Shown: one piece after another, positions 20,821-30,242 of the stretch
Numbering within the stretch: the stretch's first letter is position 1
Layout of the letters: the number at the start of each line of letters is the position of its first letter
NCBI RefSeq assembly: GCF_042676025.1
Contig: NZ_JBHTJP010000032.1
Span: 873,709 to 937,708 of the forward strand
Origin: Salinimicrobium gaetbulicola
GTDB lineage: Bacteria > Bacteroidota > Bacteroidia > Flavobacteriales > Flavobacteriaceae
Direction: 5' to 3'
DNA length: 64,000 bases
Made by a program: the position numbers and the translations under genes
Notes under the pieces: model-generated
Told to the model about the DNA's origin: nothing
The model's input: the letters and a program-made list of their open reading frames with translations, nothing else
The model's database searches: none

Positions 20821-23373
20821 TTATCCACATTTAGAGTAACCACAGCTCTTACAAACCAGGCAACCTTCAGAGAAAATGATTCCTTCCGGATCACCACATT
20901 CTCCACATTCCTTGTCTGCCGCCGGAGTTCCGTCAGGCACAAATTGTTTCAATGCACGAACCACCCCTGCTTTCCAGGTATTGATGTTCTCATCCATCAA
21001 ATTCAGGTTGTTGATAAGATCTACCACGTAAGGAATAGGCATTCCGTGACGCAATACCCCAGAGATCAATTTGGCGTAGTTCCAATATTCCTCATTGAAG
21101 GATCTTGAAAGCCCTTCAATTGTCACTTTATAACCATGCTTATCACAGAACTGGAAATCATATCTTGATCTCTCTTCCTCATCTCGATTCTTGATCACAT
21201 ATCCTTTTTCCACCCAGTTCGGAAGGTTGAACACATCTTCCATTTTCCCTGTAAAGATCTCATAAGGACGATCATGCAATAATCCTACAACCGCAAGCCA
21301 TTTTTCATTTTCATTATTGAAACGTACGATCTTAGCTTCCAGTTTCTTCGGACGTTTTGGAGCAAAAGTTTCAGCGAACACTGATTCGTTCTCCTTTTTG
21401 TCTTTTTTATCTTCGGAAGAAACAAGGATTCCGCTTCTTGATCCGTCTCGGTAAACTGTGATCCCTTTAAGCCCTTGCCTCCATGATTCAATATAGATAT
21501 CACTAACCTTTTCAAGACTTACATCTGTAGCCAAGTTGATGGTAGAACTAATGGAGTGAGTAGTGTATTTTTGAACAAGCGCCTGCATTTCCACGCGCTT
21601 ATGCCAGTCAATTTCTGAAGCCGTAGCGCCAGCATACGGACTTTCTTCAATATTATCTTTCCCGGTAGCGTCCATCCAGGTTTTAACTTTTGGATGGTAT
21701 ACCGTGAACTCTTCAAAGGCATCACCGGTAGCATCTACAAATGCAACTTTGGCGTTCTTTTCTGAAGGATTTACTTTTCTTCTTCTCTTATAGGAAAGCA
21801 TGAATACAGGCTCAATTCCTGAAGAAGTTTGTGCCAGCATACTTAGACTTCCGGTTGGAGCAACTGTACTGATGGAAATGTTCCTTCTTCCGAATTGCAT
21901 CATTCTGGAATAGATCTCCGGAAATTCATTTTTCATCATCTGTACAAAATCTGACTTCTCCTCGATAGCCGGATCAAACACCTTGAATGGCTCTCTGGTG
22001 ATGGCCATATCAATACTACTGTCAAACTCCCCACGGAATTTAGTTTGCATGATCTTATCAACTACTTCCAGAGCTTCATCAGTGTCAAACTTCACACCCA
22101 ACGCAGCGACAGCATCGGCAAGAGCCGTAAATCCAAGTCCAGTTCTACGACCGTTCTTTCCGTTTTCTGCTAACAGCTTCCAGGTATCGATCTCATTCTT
22201 TTTAATGAAGTCAGGCTCAGAATCCTGATCGATTTTTCCAAGAATTCTTTCGACAGCTTCCAATTCCAGATCTACAAGATCATCCATCAAACGTTGAGTT
22301 TCATAGATCACTTTATAGAACTTCTCATGGTTAAAACTTGCATTTTCAGTAAACGGCTGATCAACAAAATTGTATAGGTTCACGGCGATCAAACGACAGG
22401 AATCTCCTCCCTGCATAGCGATCTCAGAACATGGATTTGTCGAGCTGTTCTTGAAACCAGGATAATAAGACGAGGTAGAATACGTATGTTGCTTATCCCA
22501 GAAGATCAGTCCAGGTTCTGCAGTATTGTGAGCGCATTTAATGATAGTATCCCAAAGTTCTTTTGCGCGAACAGTTCTGGTGTATTTAGGATCTGGGCTG
22601 TCAATCGGGAAACGCAAAGTGAAATCTGCATCTTCGGTCACGGCTTTCATGAACTCATCTGAAAGTCGGACTGAAATATTGGCTCCGGTCACCTTTTGAA
22701 GGTCCTGCTTGATGGTAATGAAATCCTCCACATCAGGGTGAGCCACATCAATGGTCAACATTAATGCTCCCCTTCTGCCGTTTTGAGCAACCTCCCTTGT
22801 GGTATTCGAGAAACGATCCATAAAAGAAACCGCTCCTGTAGTGGTTCCGGCCGCATTTGAAACAAGTGCATCCTTAGGACGAAGTCCGGAAAGGTCTACC
22901 CCAACTCCACATCTTCTTTTGAATAACTGAACGAGCTGTTGGTCTGTATAAAGAATCCCTCCATAAGAATCGTATACCGGTGGGACAACCACACAGTTCG
23001 AAAGCGAAGCGATCATTTGGTCATTCCCAAGTGCTGCCATGACACTTCCTTGGGGAATGCTGTATTTAAAATCTTTGAAAAGTTGAAAAATTCGCTCTTC
23101 GGTAAGAGATTCCCTTACTTTTCCGTACTCAGAAAGGTTTTCGACATTTCCGGCCTTATCAGCATATTTCGCTTCTACCCTGGCAAATTCCTTTGCCATA
23201 CGCTGATGCATATCATTAGGTGATAATTCAAGAAAATTTCCGCTTTTATCCTTTACCGCATATTTATTAATCCAGGTAGTGGCAGCAAGCTCATCATTCT
23301 TGAAATATTTCAATGATTCTTTTAAGACTTCATCGTACGTATAAGTCTGAGTAGTAAATAATTCTTCAACCAT
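20821..23373 (-). CDS. nrdJ: adenosylcobalamin-dependent (class II) ribonucleotide reductase
   Basis: 850 aa. Long N-terminal ATP-cone-less catalytic core, and a C-terminal Cys-rich tail (CGECGDP…CLVCKSCGYSKCG) typical of monomeric class II RNR. Confidence 0.85.
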   Translation of the reverse strand: MVEELFTTQTYTYDEVLKESLKYFKNDELAATTWINKYAVKDKSGNFLELSPNDMHQRMAKEFARVEAKYADKAGNVENLSEYGKVRESLTEERIFQLFKDFKYSIPQGSVMAALGNDQMIASLSNCVVVPPVYDSYGGILYTDQQLVQLFKRRCGVGVDLSGLRPKDALVSNAAGTTTGAVSFMDRFSNTTREVAQNGRRGALMLTIDVAHPDVEDFITIKQDLQKVTGANISVRLSDEFMKAVTEDADFTLRFPIDSPDPKYTRTVRAKELWDTIIKCAHNTAEPGLIFWDKQHTYSTSSYYPGFKNSSTNPCSEIAMQGGDSCRLIAVNLYNFVDQPFTENASFNHEKFYKVIYETQRLMDDLVDLELEAVERILGKIDQDSEPDFIKKNEIDTWKLLAENGKNGRRTGLGFTALADAVAALGVKFDTDEALEVVDKIMQTKFRGEFDSSIDMAITREPFKVFDPAIEEKSDFVQMMKNEFPEIYSRMMQFGRRNISISTVAPTGSLSMLAQTSSGIEPVFMLSYKRRRKVNPSEKNAKVAFVDATGDAFEEFTVYHPKVKTWMDATGKDNIEESPYAGATASEIDWHKRVEMQALVQKYTTHSISSTINLATDVSLEKVSDIYIESWRQGLKGITVYRDGSRSGILVSSEDKKDKKENESVFAETFAPKRPKKLEAKIVRFNNENEKWLAVVGLLHDRPYEIFTGKMEDVFNLPNWVEKGYVIKNRDEEERSRYDFQFCDKHGYKVTIEGLSRSFNEEYWNYAKLISGVLRHGMPIPYVVDLINNLNLMDENINTWKAGVVRALKQFVPDGTPAADKECGECGDPEGIIFSEGCLVCKSCGYSKCG

Positions 23374-23677
23374 GGCAGTTTAAATTTGTTTTAATAGAAA
23401 GAGTGATAAAGTTATTTTAAAAATTGACTTTTTGATTGCGGCCTTACACATTCTTATCAACCATTCATTGTTGAAAAATTTTCAATTTTTTTCTCGCGAA
23501 TTTCTCATTTTTCGCCAGCCCTTGCTACTACTGATTTCAATCAAATTTTTGACCAAAACTATACTCTTTAGAAAACCTTAACATTCTGAAAAAATCACAT
23601 AAACTCTTGTTAACCAGCTGGGGCTTAAGAGCTTTTTGACTTAAATTAATGTTCTAACCTTCTAAAAATTATGAAAA

Positions 23678-24931
23678 ATGGAAAATCAACTCGAAGAGAT
23701 CGGTAATAGCATTGCCGATTTTTTACCAGATCTTTTAGGCGCCCTGATCGTTCTCTTGATAGGCTGGCTAATTGCCAAAGGCATTAAAACATTAGTCGTT
23801 AAAATGCTCCGTAAAACATCCTGGGACGAACGCGTTTTCGGAAGGGATAATATAGAGGACACAAACGTTTTTGTAGGCAACATCCTCTATTACCTTATTA
23901 TGGTGATCGTCTTATTGATCGTCCTCGAGATATTAGGTATTAGCGAAGTCCTTACTCCGCTGGAAAATATGCTGAATGAATTCCTGTTGTTTATCCCTAA
24001 CTTAATTGGAGCAGCCCTTATAGCTTTTATTGGCTATGTTCTCGCTAAGTTCGTAGCGAACCTCATTAGGATAAGTGGAGGAATCCTCGACAAATGGATT
24101 GATAAAACCGGATTTAAAGACACAGATAAATTAGCTGACATTCTTAGAAAAGTAGTTTTTATCATCATTTTCATACCGTTTCTTATTCAGGCTTTCAATA
24201 CCCTGCAGCTGGATGCCATTTCAGATCCTGCAAATGAAATTCTATATGGTTTCACCGAAATGATTGGTGAAATTATCATCGCTGCAGTGATCCTTCTTGT
24301 ATTTATATGGGGTGGAAAATTCCTGGCAGACTTTCTTGAAGATCTTTTTAAAAGTCTCGGTTTAGATCGGGCTGCTGAAAAGATACAAATACACAATATG
24401 ATAGGTACCGGCCAGTCCTTATCTAAACTGGTTGCTAACCTTATTTATTTTTTCCTTGTCTTCTTCGGAATTATTACGGCTGTAGAGATATTAGGACTTT
24501 CACGATTATCAGAAATTCTAAATGACATACTGGATGTTACCGGACAAATAATTTTCGGATTGATCATCCTGGCGATCGGAAATTATATCTCCTTATTGAT
24601 CTATAATACCATGACCAGGTCTAACAAGAATAATTTCATTGCCAGCATTATTAGATGGGCTTCATTGGCACTTTTCATTGCCATCGCCCTAAGGACTATG
24701 GGAATCGCCAATGAGATCGTGGAACTTGCGTTCGGATTGATCCTTGGCGCCATTGCAGTAGCCGTAGCTCTAAGTTACGGACTGGGAGGCCGTGAGGCGG
24801 CTGGAGAACATTTCCGGGATATCATTAAAAAGCTGAGAGAAGAATCGGCAGATTATAAGACTGAAAAGAAAAAACTACCTCCGGCTGATGACAGGGATGA
24901 AACGAGGGATCATCGAAACCCTCCAATGTAA
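23678..24931 (+). CDS. membrane protein built from conserved TM-helix repeats (mechanosensitive-channel N-terminal-like)
   Basis: A repeated ~60-aa unit recurs at least five times: hhhhIGxhhAKxh(a/v)xhh followed by an acidic loop (e.g. LIGWLIAKGIKTLV, FIGYVLAKFVANLI, IWGGKFLADFLEDLF). Confidence 0.6.
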   Translation: MENQLEEIGNSIADFLPDLLGALIVLLIGWLIAKGIKTLVVKMLRKTSWDERVFGRDNIEDTNVFVGNILYYLIMVIVLLIVLEILGISEVLTPLENMLNEFLLFIPNLIGAALIAFIGYVLAKFVANLIRISGGILDKWIDKTGFKDTDKLADILRKVVFIIIFIPFLIQAFNTLQLDAISDPANEILYGFTEMIGEIIIAAVILLVFIWGGKFLADFLEDLFKSLGLDRAAEKIQIHNMIGTGQSLSKLVANLIYFFLVFFGIITAVEILGLSRLSEILNDILDVTGQIIFGLIILAIGNYISLLIYNTMTRSNKNNFIASIIRWASLALFIAIALRTMGIANEIVELAFGLILGAIAVAVALSYGLGGREAAGEHFRDIIKKLREESADYKTEKKKLPPADDRDETRDHRNPPM

Positions 24932-24934
24932 AAC

Positions 24935-24968
24935 AAAAAAACCAGCCTTGAGCTGGTTTTTTTTATTT
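24935..24968. terminator. rho-independent terminator (bidirectional)
   Basis: An ACCAGCcttgAGCTGGT hairpin is preceded by an A-run and followed by T9. It overlaps the stop codon of the convergent minus-strand gene. Confidence 0.65.
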
Positions 24969-25799
24969 CAGTTTTAACTGTACCAGTACCGGTAAGTGAT
25001 CTGAAGGATATTTTAAATCATATGAATCTGATAACACTCCATACTTCAGGATCTCGAAATCACCTTGAGAGGTAAAGATATAATCAATTCGACGTGTAAC
25101 AGGCTCTGTGAAATTGTATGTATTGAATGTACCTTCCGGACCAAAAACGAGTTTTGCAATGCGTTTCGAATCATCCATTTTCCCGGAAAGGAGTTTGATT
25201 TCAGAAGTTTCAGGTTCGAGATTAAAATCCCCCATCAGGATAAACGGAAGATTTTCTTTATTCAATTCGTCGATCTTTGAAATGATAAGTCTGGTACTCT
25301 CTTCCCTCGCCCGGTCTCCCACATGGTCAAAATGAGTATTGAACACGAAAAACTTATCACCGGTCACCAAATCCTTTAATAATATATAGGTGCAGATCCT
25401 TGGATATGCCGCATCCCAGCCTTTTGAAACAATTTCCGGGGTTTCTGAAAGCCAGAAAGTTCCCTCCTCTATTAGTTGATATTTTTTTTTATTATAAAAT
25501 ATAGCAGTGTATTCCCCTTTATTTTGACCATCACGACCAACGCCTGAGAAATCATAGTCGGGAAGACCTTGCAGCAAAAACTTCAATTGCACTAGCTGAG
25601 CTTCCTGCACCCCTAAAATATCTGGCTCATAAAATGCAACTTGATTACGCAAATGCTCCTTTCTAAAAGACCAGCTGTTTTCCCCGTCATTCTCATTGGC
25701 ATATTTAATATTATAGGTCATTACTTTCATCTGTCCGTATCCTGATAAGGTTCCGCCCAAAAACAGCAGCGAAAAAAACAATTTAGATAGCCTCTTCAT
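24963..25799 (-). CDS. endonuclease/exonuclease/phosphatase (EEP) family protein, secreted
   Basis: Signal peptide. DILGVQEA, a Mg-binding Glu block typical of EEP enzymes, and later blocks of Asp, Asn and His residues. Confidence 0.8.
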   Translation of the reverse strand: MKRLSKLFFSLLFLGGTLSGYGQMKVMTYNIKYANENDGENSWSFRKEHLRNQVAFYEPDILGVQEAQLVQLKFLLQGLPDYDFSGVGRDGQNKGEYTAIFYNKKKYQLIEEGTFWLSETPEIVSKGWDAAYPRICTYILLKDLVTGDKFFVFNTHFDHVGDRAREESTRLIISKIDELNKENLPFILMGDFNLEPETSEIKLLSGKMDDSKRIAKLVFGPEGTFNTYNFTEPVTRRIDYIFTSQGDFEILKYGVLSDSYDLKYPSDHLPVLVQLKLK

Positions 25800-25802
25800 C
25801 CT

Positions 25803-27005
25803 CTATTCTTTAACGTAATCTTCCAAATATTTAAATCTCTCGGTAAGCTTTCCGTCTTTGGTCATTCTGGCTCTTTCCAGGATCCCGTCTTTATCATTAT
25901 CAAAGAAAGCCGGTAATACGTTATCCAGGAACATTTGCCCGAATCCTTCGCTGGCATCTTTTGGCAGTTCGCAGGGCAGGTTATCTACAGCCATGACCGC
26001 GATCGCGTTCTTTTCCCGAAAATCAACTTCCCCACCGGTTTCCGGGCTGTAGCCGTAAAAAGGCTCGGCTATGGTAGAAGGACGAATCGTACTGGCAACA
26101 GGTCCTGCTATGTCACAGGAAATATCTGCTACATAGCGAATTTTGAAAGCCGCGGACTTGGTATCTTCAGCAGTAAAGAAAACCGGTGCTCCCTGGCCAT
26201 AAAAATGACCGGCTATAAAAAAGTCACTGGCCCTGGCGAAACGTAAAAAATCGGATTCATAATTTTCTGGATGGTCATAAAAATCCTGAACCGAAGCTTC
26301 CTTTCCATCTTTTCTCTTATTGTAATCCATGACATCAATATGGCAAAAGACCGGCTCCTCAAAGCTCTCTCTGAGGTACTCTTCTACTCCAACTTGTTTT
26401 ATTTGGAGATGATCCATGATCTCTTTGGCTCCATGCGCTACTTTCCCACTTCCGGTAAGCACTATCTTTATTGGAGGTACAGAAATCCTGTCCAGTTCTG
26501 CAAGCATGGTTTTTAGATCGGGGAGTTCCTCAGCTTTGGGTAACTCAAAAATACCTTTTTTAAGCCCCAGCATCCTGAAGCCGTTATAAGCTCCTACGAG
26601 TCCGGCATATCTTCCGAAACCAATCAGCCGGTGTCCCCGTTCATTAATGATCACCTCATGATCATACAGTTCAATATTATTTTTAAGGATCTCCCTTAAC
26701 AGGTCTCTGTTATAAGGTTGTTTTTTTATAGTATGGGAAAAGAAAAAGTATTTTTTATTCGGAATAAGAGCAGGAATAGGAACTTCCTTCACCCCTAGCA
26801 ACACATCGCAATCTGAAATTTCCCCGGAAACTTCAAAATCGGCATCAAGATATGCACTGTCGGGAAAGATTCGAATATCTGATGTTTCCACTTTAAAACT
26901 TGCCTCCGGAAACTTTTTCACGGCTTCTTTCAATTTTTGGGGAGAAAAAACTACTCTTCTGTCTGGTGGTGTTTTTCGCTCTTTAATGAGGGCAAATTTT
27001 ATCAT
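25803..27005 (-). CDS. AlaDH/PNT-family NAD(P) oxidoreductase (saccharopine-dehydrogenase-like)
   Basis: N-terminal LIKERKTPPDRRV…P resembles the substrate domain of lysine-forming saccharopine dehydrogenase. A central Rossmann segment has GSGKVAHGA. Confidence 0.65.
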   Translation of the reverse strand: MIKFALIKERKTPPDRRVVFSPQKLKEAVKKFPEASFKVETSDIRIFPDSAYLDADFEVSGEISDCDVLLGVKEVPIPALIPNKKYFFFSHTIKKQPYNRDLLREILKNNIELYDHEVIINERGHRLIGFGRYAGLVGAYNGFRMLGLKKGIFELPKAEELPDLKTMLAELDRISVPPIKIVLTGSGKVAHGAKEIMDHLQIKQVGVEEYLRESFEEPVFCHIDVMDYNKRKDGKEASVQDFYDHPENYESDFLRFARASDFFIAGHFYGQGAPVFFTAEDTKSAAFKIRYVADISCDIAGPVASTIRPSTIAEPFYGYSPETGGEVDFREKNAIAVMAVDNLPCELPKDASEGFGQMFLDNVLPAFFDNDKDGILERARMTKDGKLTERFKYLEDYVKE

Positions 27006-27129
27006 ATTTTGGTATAGGTTTTGAGTATTTATTGATGAATTTCAAAGATAGGAATTTAAAACCTATCTTTGCACTTCCCTGAAGCAGGATGGCACTTCGT
27101 GCCTTTGTTTCGGTAAGTTCTTTTTTTAT

Positions 27130-27527
27130 GGGGTCGACTTGGTTTTGACAGCGAGTCTAATTGAGTTGTAAGCACGTCGAGCGCTGGGAAATAGCTCGTA
27201 AATCTCATTTTTCACACTTTTTTAAACGGCGAGAATAACTACGCCTTGGCTGCATAATCCGAATCATAGTAGGATAGCTTAGTCCCTGCAAGGCAGGGAG
27301 CCAAGATGTCTCGTGGAAGCCTTGATTTACGGCGTCCGCACCAGAGGCACCGATAAAGTAAATATAGTAATCACAGGGCCTTGATGTGGTTGCGAAACTT
27401 AACCGAGGATACGTGTAAGATTGGTGGTTTTCGGCCGGTCTTGCATCGACAACCAAGCGAAAACTAAGCGTGAAGAAAGCATCTGAATTGCTTGTTTGGA
27501 CGAGGGTTCGAACCCCTCCGACTCCAC
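27130..27527 (+). ncRNA. ssrA: tmRNA (ssrA) with tag reading frame …GENNYALAA*
   Basis: 5' GGGGTCG pairs with 3' CGACTCC to give a 7-bp acceptor stem. A T-arm GGTTCGAACCCCTCC lies just upstream of the 3' end. The internal ORF gcg aga ata act acg cct tgg ctg cat aa encodes GENNYALAA-stop. CCA is not encoded. Confidence 0.9.
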
Positions 27528-27669
27528 GATCAAGCGCAGCTAAGTTGCGGATTAGAACAGGAAAATCCTGCCAAACAGTTGTTTGCGCGGGATTCTTTCG
27601 TTTTAAGACGCCCAGCCCGCAGGGATGGTTAAGCTTAGCTGCATTTGCAGAAAGTTAGTTTCAGGGGGA

Positions 27670-27740
27670 AGGCGCAGCCAACCCCTCCGACTCCACAATA
27701 TAACCCGGTAAGCCTTGTGTTTACCGGGTTTTTTGTTTTA
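27670..27740 (+). repeat. repeat B: copy of the tmRNA 3' end (AACCCCTCCGACTCCAC, identical to 27511-27527) fused to a hairpin plus T-run terminator
   Basis: The exact 17-nt match to the ssrA 3' end lies ~150 nt downstream of the gene. It is followed by CCCGGTAAgccttgtgtTTACCGGG and a T-run. Confidence 0.7.
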
Positions 27741-28054
27741 AGATAACAATATGGATGACAAATAAAACCTGTCTTATTCCTCTTATTGAAACCTTAATTT
27801 CTTTAAAAACATTTTTCGTTTAAAAGCTGACTTCAATAATGACTTTATTTAATCTATCTCGAAATTTTCGTCATTTCGTTTAGAAAGATGAAAAGAACAT
27901 TGGTTAAAATTATTATAGAAAATTCTTTAAGAATTTCCCCTTCTCTCTTCCCGGACCTCTTTCTTAAAGTCCTCAAAACCACCTTTCCTCTTTAAAGTAC
28001 AAGCCTATCAGACTCTTGGGATTTTATAGATTAGGAGTGTAGGCAACATCTACT

Positions 28055-28810
28055 TTAAATCTGCGACTTAATTTTAGCGAACTCCTGTTCCAGAAACCGT
28101 AGTTTTTCTTCGAGTCCGTTTCCGGTTTCAGGGACACGATGATAGAATACATAACAAATATTCCAAAGTTCTTTAACCTCGTCCAGCCCTAAAGTAATAT
28201 CTTCTATAAGTTTGTGGTCTGCCCTTAGCACAAGGCTTGATTTCAAGATATATCCTCTTCGTAATACCAGTTGGTCCTCGGTTATAACCAATAATAGTTT
28301 TCCATTGTCCAGGTTTTTATATTCCTTTTTCGGCACAAATTGTCCAACCACCACATCCTTAGGAAATAACCCTTTTTCATGTGAACTCATCTCCAGAGAG
28401 TCTACCACAAAGCCTCGAAAGGATAAATCTCTGCTAATTGGCAACCTGAGGCAGGGTAGTCTACTTATAAATTCCTGGTTACCATACTCGGAAAGGTAGC
28501 TATTCCTGTTTGTAGGGACTATACAGGGAACGGAGGCGAACTGCTCTTTTAAAAGCTCGTCCTGATTTTCTGCAAAGTCGCCCTTAAACCTAAGCAACCG
28601 GTTTACCGTAAGCTCTTTCGTCAGCAATTCGTCGATGGAAATGCTAAAATGCTTAGCAATTTTTATCACGGTATCGATCTTTGGCTCACTCCTCCCCTCC
28701 TCATAAGCACCTAAGGTCCCGCGCTTTAAATCAAACATTTCCGCAAAGGCTTGCTGACTTAAAGATTTCACAGTGCGGATCTTCTTAATGTTTTTTCCAA
28801 AAAAAGACAT
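28055..28810 (-). CDS. phage-CI/LexA-like transcriptional repressor (HTH_XRE N-terminus plus S24 peptidase-like C-terminus)
   Basis: The N-terminal …IKKIRTVKSLSQQAFAEMFDLKRGTLGAYEEGRSEP…ISIDELL is a canonical XRE helix-turn-helix. The C-terminus carries VVDSLEMS, resembling the S24 GDSM catalytic-Ser motif, with basic residues downstream. Confidence 0.7.
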   Translation of the reverse strand: MSFFGKNIKKIRTVKSLSQQAFAEMFDLKRGTLGAYEEGRSEPKIDTVIKIAKHFSISIDELLTKELTVNRLLRFKGDFAENQDELLKEQFASVPCIVPTNRNSYLSEYGNQEFISRLPCLRLPISRDLSFRGFVVDSLEMSSHEKGLFPKDVVVGQFVPKKEYKNLDNGKLLLVITEDQLVLRRGYILKSSLVLRADHKLIEDITLGLDEVKELWNICYVFYHRVPETGNGLEEKLRFLEQEFAKIKSQI

Positions 28811-28884
28811 ATTTTGCTAATTTTATTTGCGTTAATGAAATAAATTCGTACATTGGTCTAACAATATTAGCAAAAAAGTTTGGG

Positions 28885-28894
28885 ATTAGCTAAT
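28885..28894. promoter_or_regulatory. candidate operator: perfect palindrome ATTAGCTAAT in the divergent promoter region, with further GCTAAT/ATTAGC half-sites at 28816-28821 and 28866-28871
   Basis: Read directly from the sequence between the repressor start (28810) and the first gene of the pspA operon (29112). Confidence 0.25.
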
Positions 28895-29111
28895 ATTATG
28901 AGGAGGACATTGACCCTTCCGATAATAAATTTCTCAGGACTGAATATTTTTTCGGGTAACATTTTAAAGAAATTCATACTAACCTATAACAAAACATTAT
29001 GATACCATTAATTATTTGCTTTTTTACTCAAGTAGTTAAACTTTTGGCTACCATGCTTTAGAGTTTTTTCGTAATATTAACTTTTAGAAATTTTTAACAA
29101 TCCCGCCAATA

Positions 29112-29507
29112 ATGAAAAACCACTTCAATATCACTAAAGATTTTTTACTGGAGCTAAATTTCCACATTAGTCGAGAGGATACGGAGAATAATGTTCTTGT
29201 GGTCCAAAAAGAAAACCACGGGATTAGAAACCTCATATTAGGGATTGCTCCTCCAATTTTAATCATGGAGCAGTATATTTTCAAGGTGAGCAACCAATCT
29301 GAAAAGGTTTTTAAAAACTTACTCCAAAAAAACAGGGATGTCATTCATGGAGCTTTTGTTTTGGATGATTCCGGTGAAAAAGTAATTTTCAGGGATACCC
29401 TTCAAATTGAAAACCTTGATATCAATGAACTCGAAGGCAGTCTTAATTCTTTAAGTCTCTTAATGAGTGAATTCTCAGACCGTATAATTGAATTTTCTAA
29501 ATACTAA
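29112..29507 (+). CDS. hypothetical cytoplasmic protein, YbjN-like (T3SS-chaperone-like fold) suspected
   Basis: 131 aa and acidic. Its alternation of hydrophobic beta-like segments and a C-terminal helix resembles YbjN-domain proteins, a weak call. It is the first gene of the operon and its end overlaps the pspA-like gene. Confidence 0.5.
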   Translation: MKNHFNITKDFLLELNFHISREDTENNVLVVQKENHGIRNLILGIAPPILIMEQYIFKVSNQSEKVFKNLLQKNRDVIHGAFVLDDSGEKVIFRDTLQIENLDINELEGSLNSLSLLMSEFSDRIIEFSKY

Positions 29508-29523
29508 CCTTAACCTTTACATC

Positions 29524-30240
29524 ATGAATATTTTTAAACGTTTATTTAAAATTGGGCAGGCAGAAACAAATTCTGCAATTGACAGCATGGAAGATCCTAT
29601 CAAGATGACCGAACAGGGCATCAGGGATATGAAAGAAGATCTGGACCGAAGCCTCGAGGCACTTGCACAGGTAAAAGCATTGGCAATAAGAGCCAAAAAT
29701 GACCAGGAAGAGTACCAGGAAAAGGCGGAAGAATACCAGAAAAAGGCCATTATTATTCTTAAAAAAGGTCATAGCAAAGAACTTGAACCTACCGAAGCAG
29801 ATGAGCTTGCAAAAGAAGCACTTGTTCAAAAAGAAACTGCAGAGAAACAGGCAGGTCGCAGTAAGGAGGAAGCCGCTAAGTTTGATGATAACGTGGCGCA
29901 ATTGCAAAAAACAATCCAGTCTATCAAGAGCAATATCAGCAACTGGGAAAATGAACTTAAAACCCTGAAGGCACGTGTAAAAGTTTCTAAGGCTACTACG
30001 AACCTTAACAAACAAATGGCTGAACTCGACAGTACTGGAACTGTTTCAATGCTTGAGCGAATGAAAGAAAAAGTAGCCCAGGAAGAAGCTCTTGCTGAAG
30101 CCTATAGCGATATTGCGAATGCATCAAAGTCTGTTGACGAAAAGATCGACAAGGCTGCAGATACTTCCAAAGCTAAAGCAGATGACGATCTAGCTAGATT
30201 GAAAGAACAATTAGGTCTTAACGCTAACAAAGATTCATAA
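29524..30240 (+). CDS. pspA: PspA/IM30 (phage-shock protein A / Vipp1, ESCRT-III-like) family protein
   Basis: N-terminal MNIFKRLFKIGQAETNSAIDSMEDPIKMTEQGIRDMKEDL matches the PspA amphipathic N-terminus and first helix (compare MGIFSRF…EDPEKMLEQ…IRDME). The remainder is a long coiled coil. Start set at the ATG at 29524. Confidence 0.85.
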   Translation: MNIFKRLFKIGQAETNSAIDSMEDPIKMTEQGIRDMKEDLDRSLEALAQVKALAIRAKNDQEEYQEKAEEYQKKAIIILKKGHSKELEPTEADELAKEALVQKETAEKQAGRSKEEAAKFDDNVAQLQKTIQSIKSNISNWENELKTLKARVKVSKATTNLNKQMAELDSTGTVSMLERMKEKVAQEEALAEAYSDIANASKSVDEKIDKAADTSKAKADDDLARLKEQLGLNANKDS

Positions 30241-30242
30241 TT

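Noticed and set aside
27470-27658. 62-aa ORF overlapping the 3' end of the tmRNA and the adjacent spacer
   Set aside because: It lies across a structured RNA gene and a repeat, and its composition is Arg/Ser/Pro-rich (an artefact of GC-rich RNA stems).
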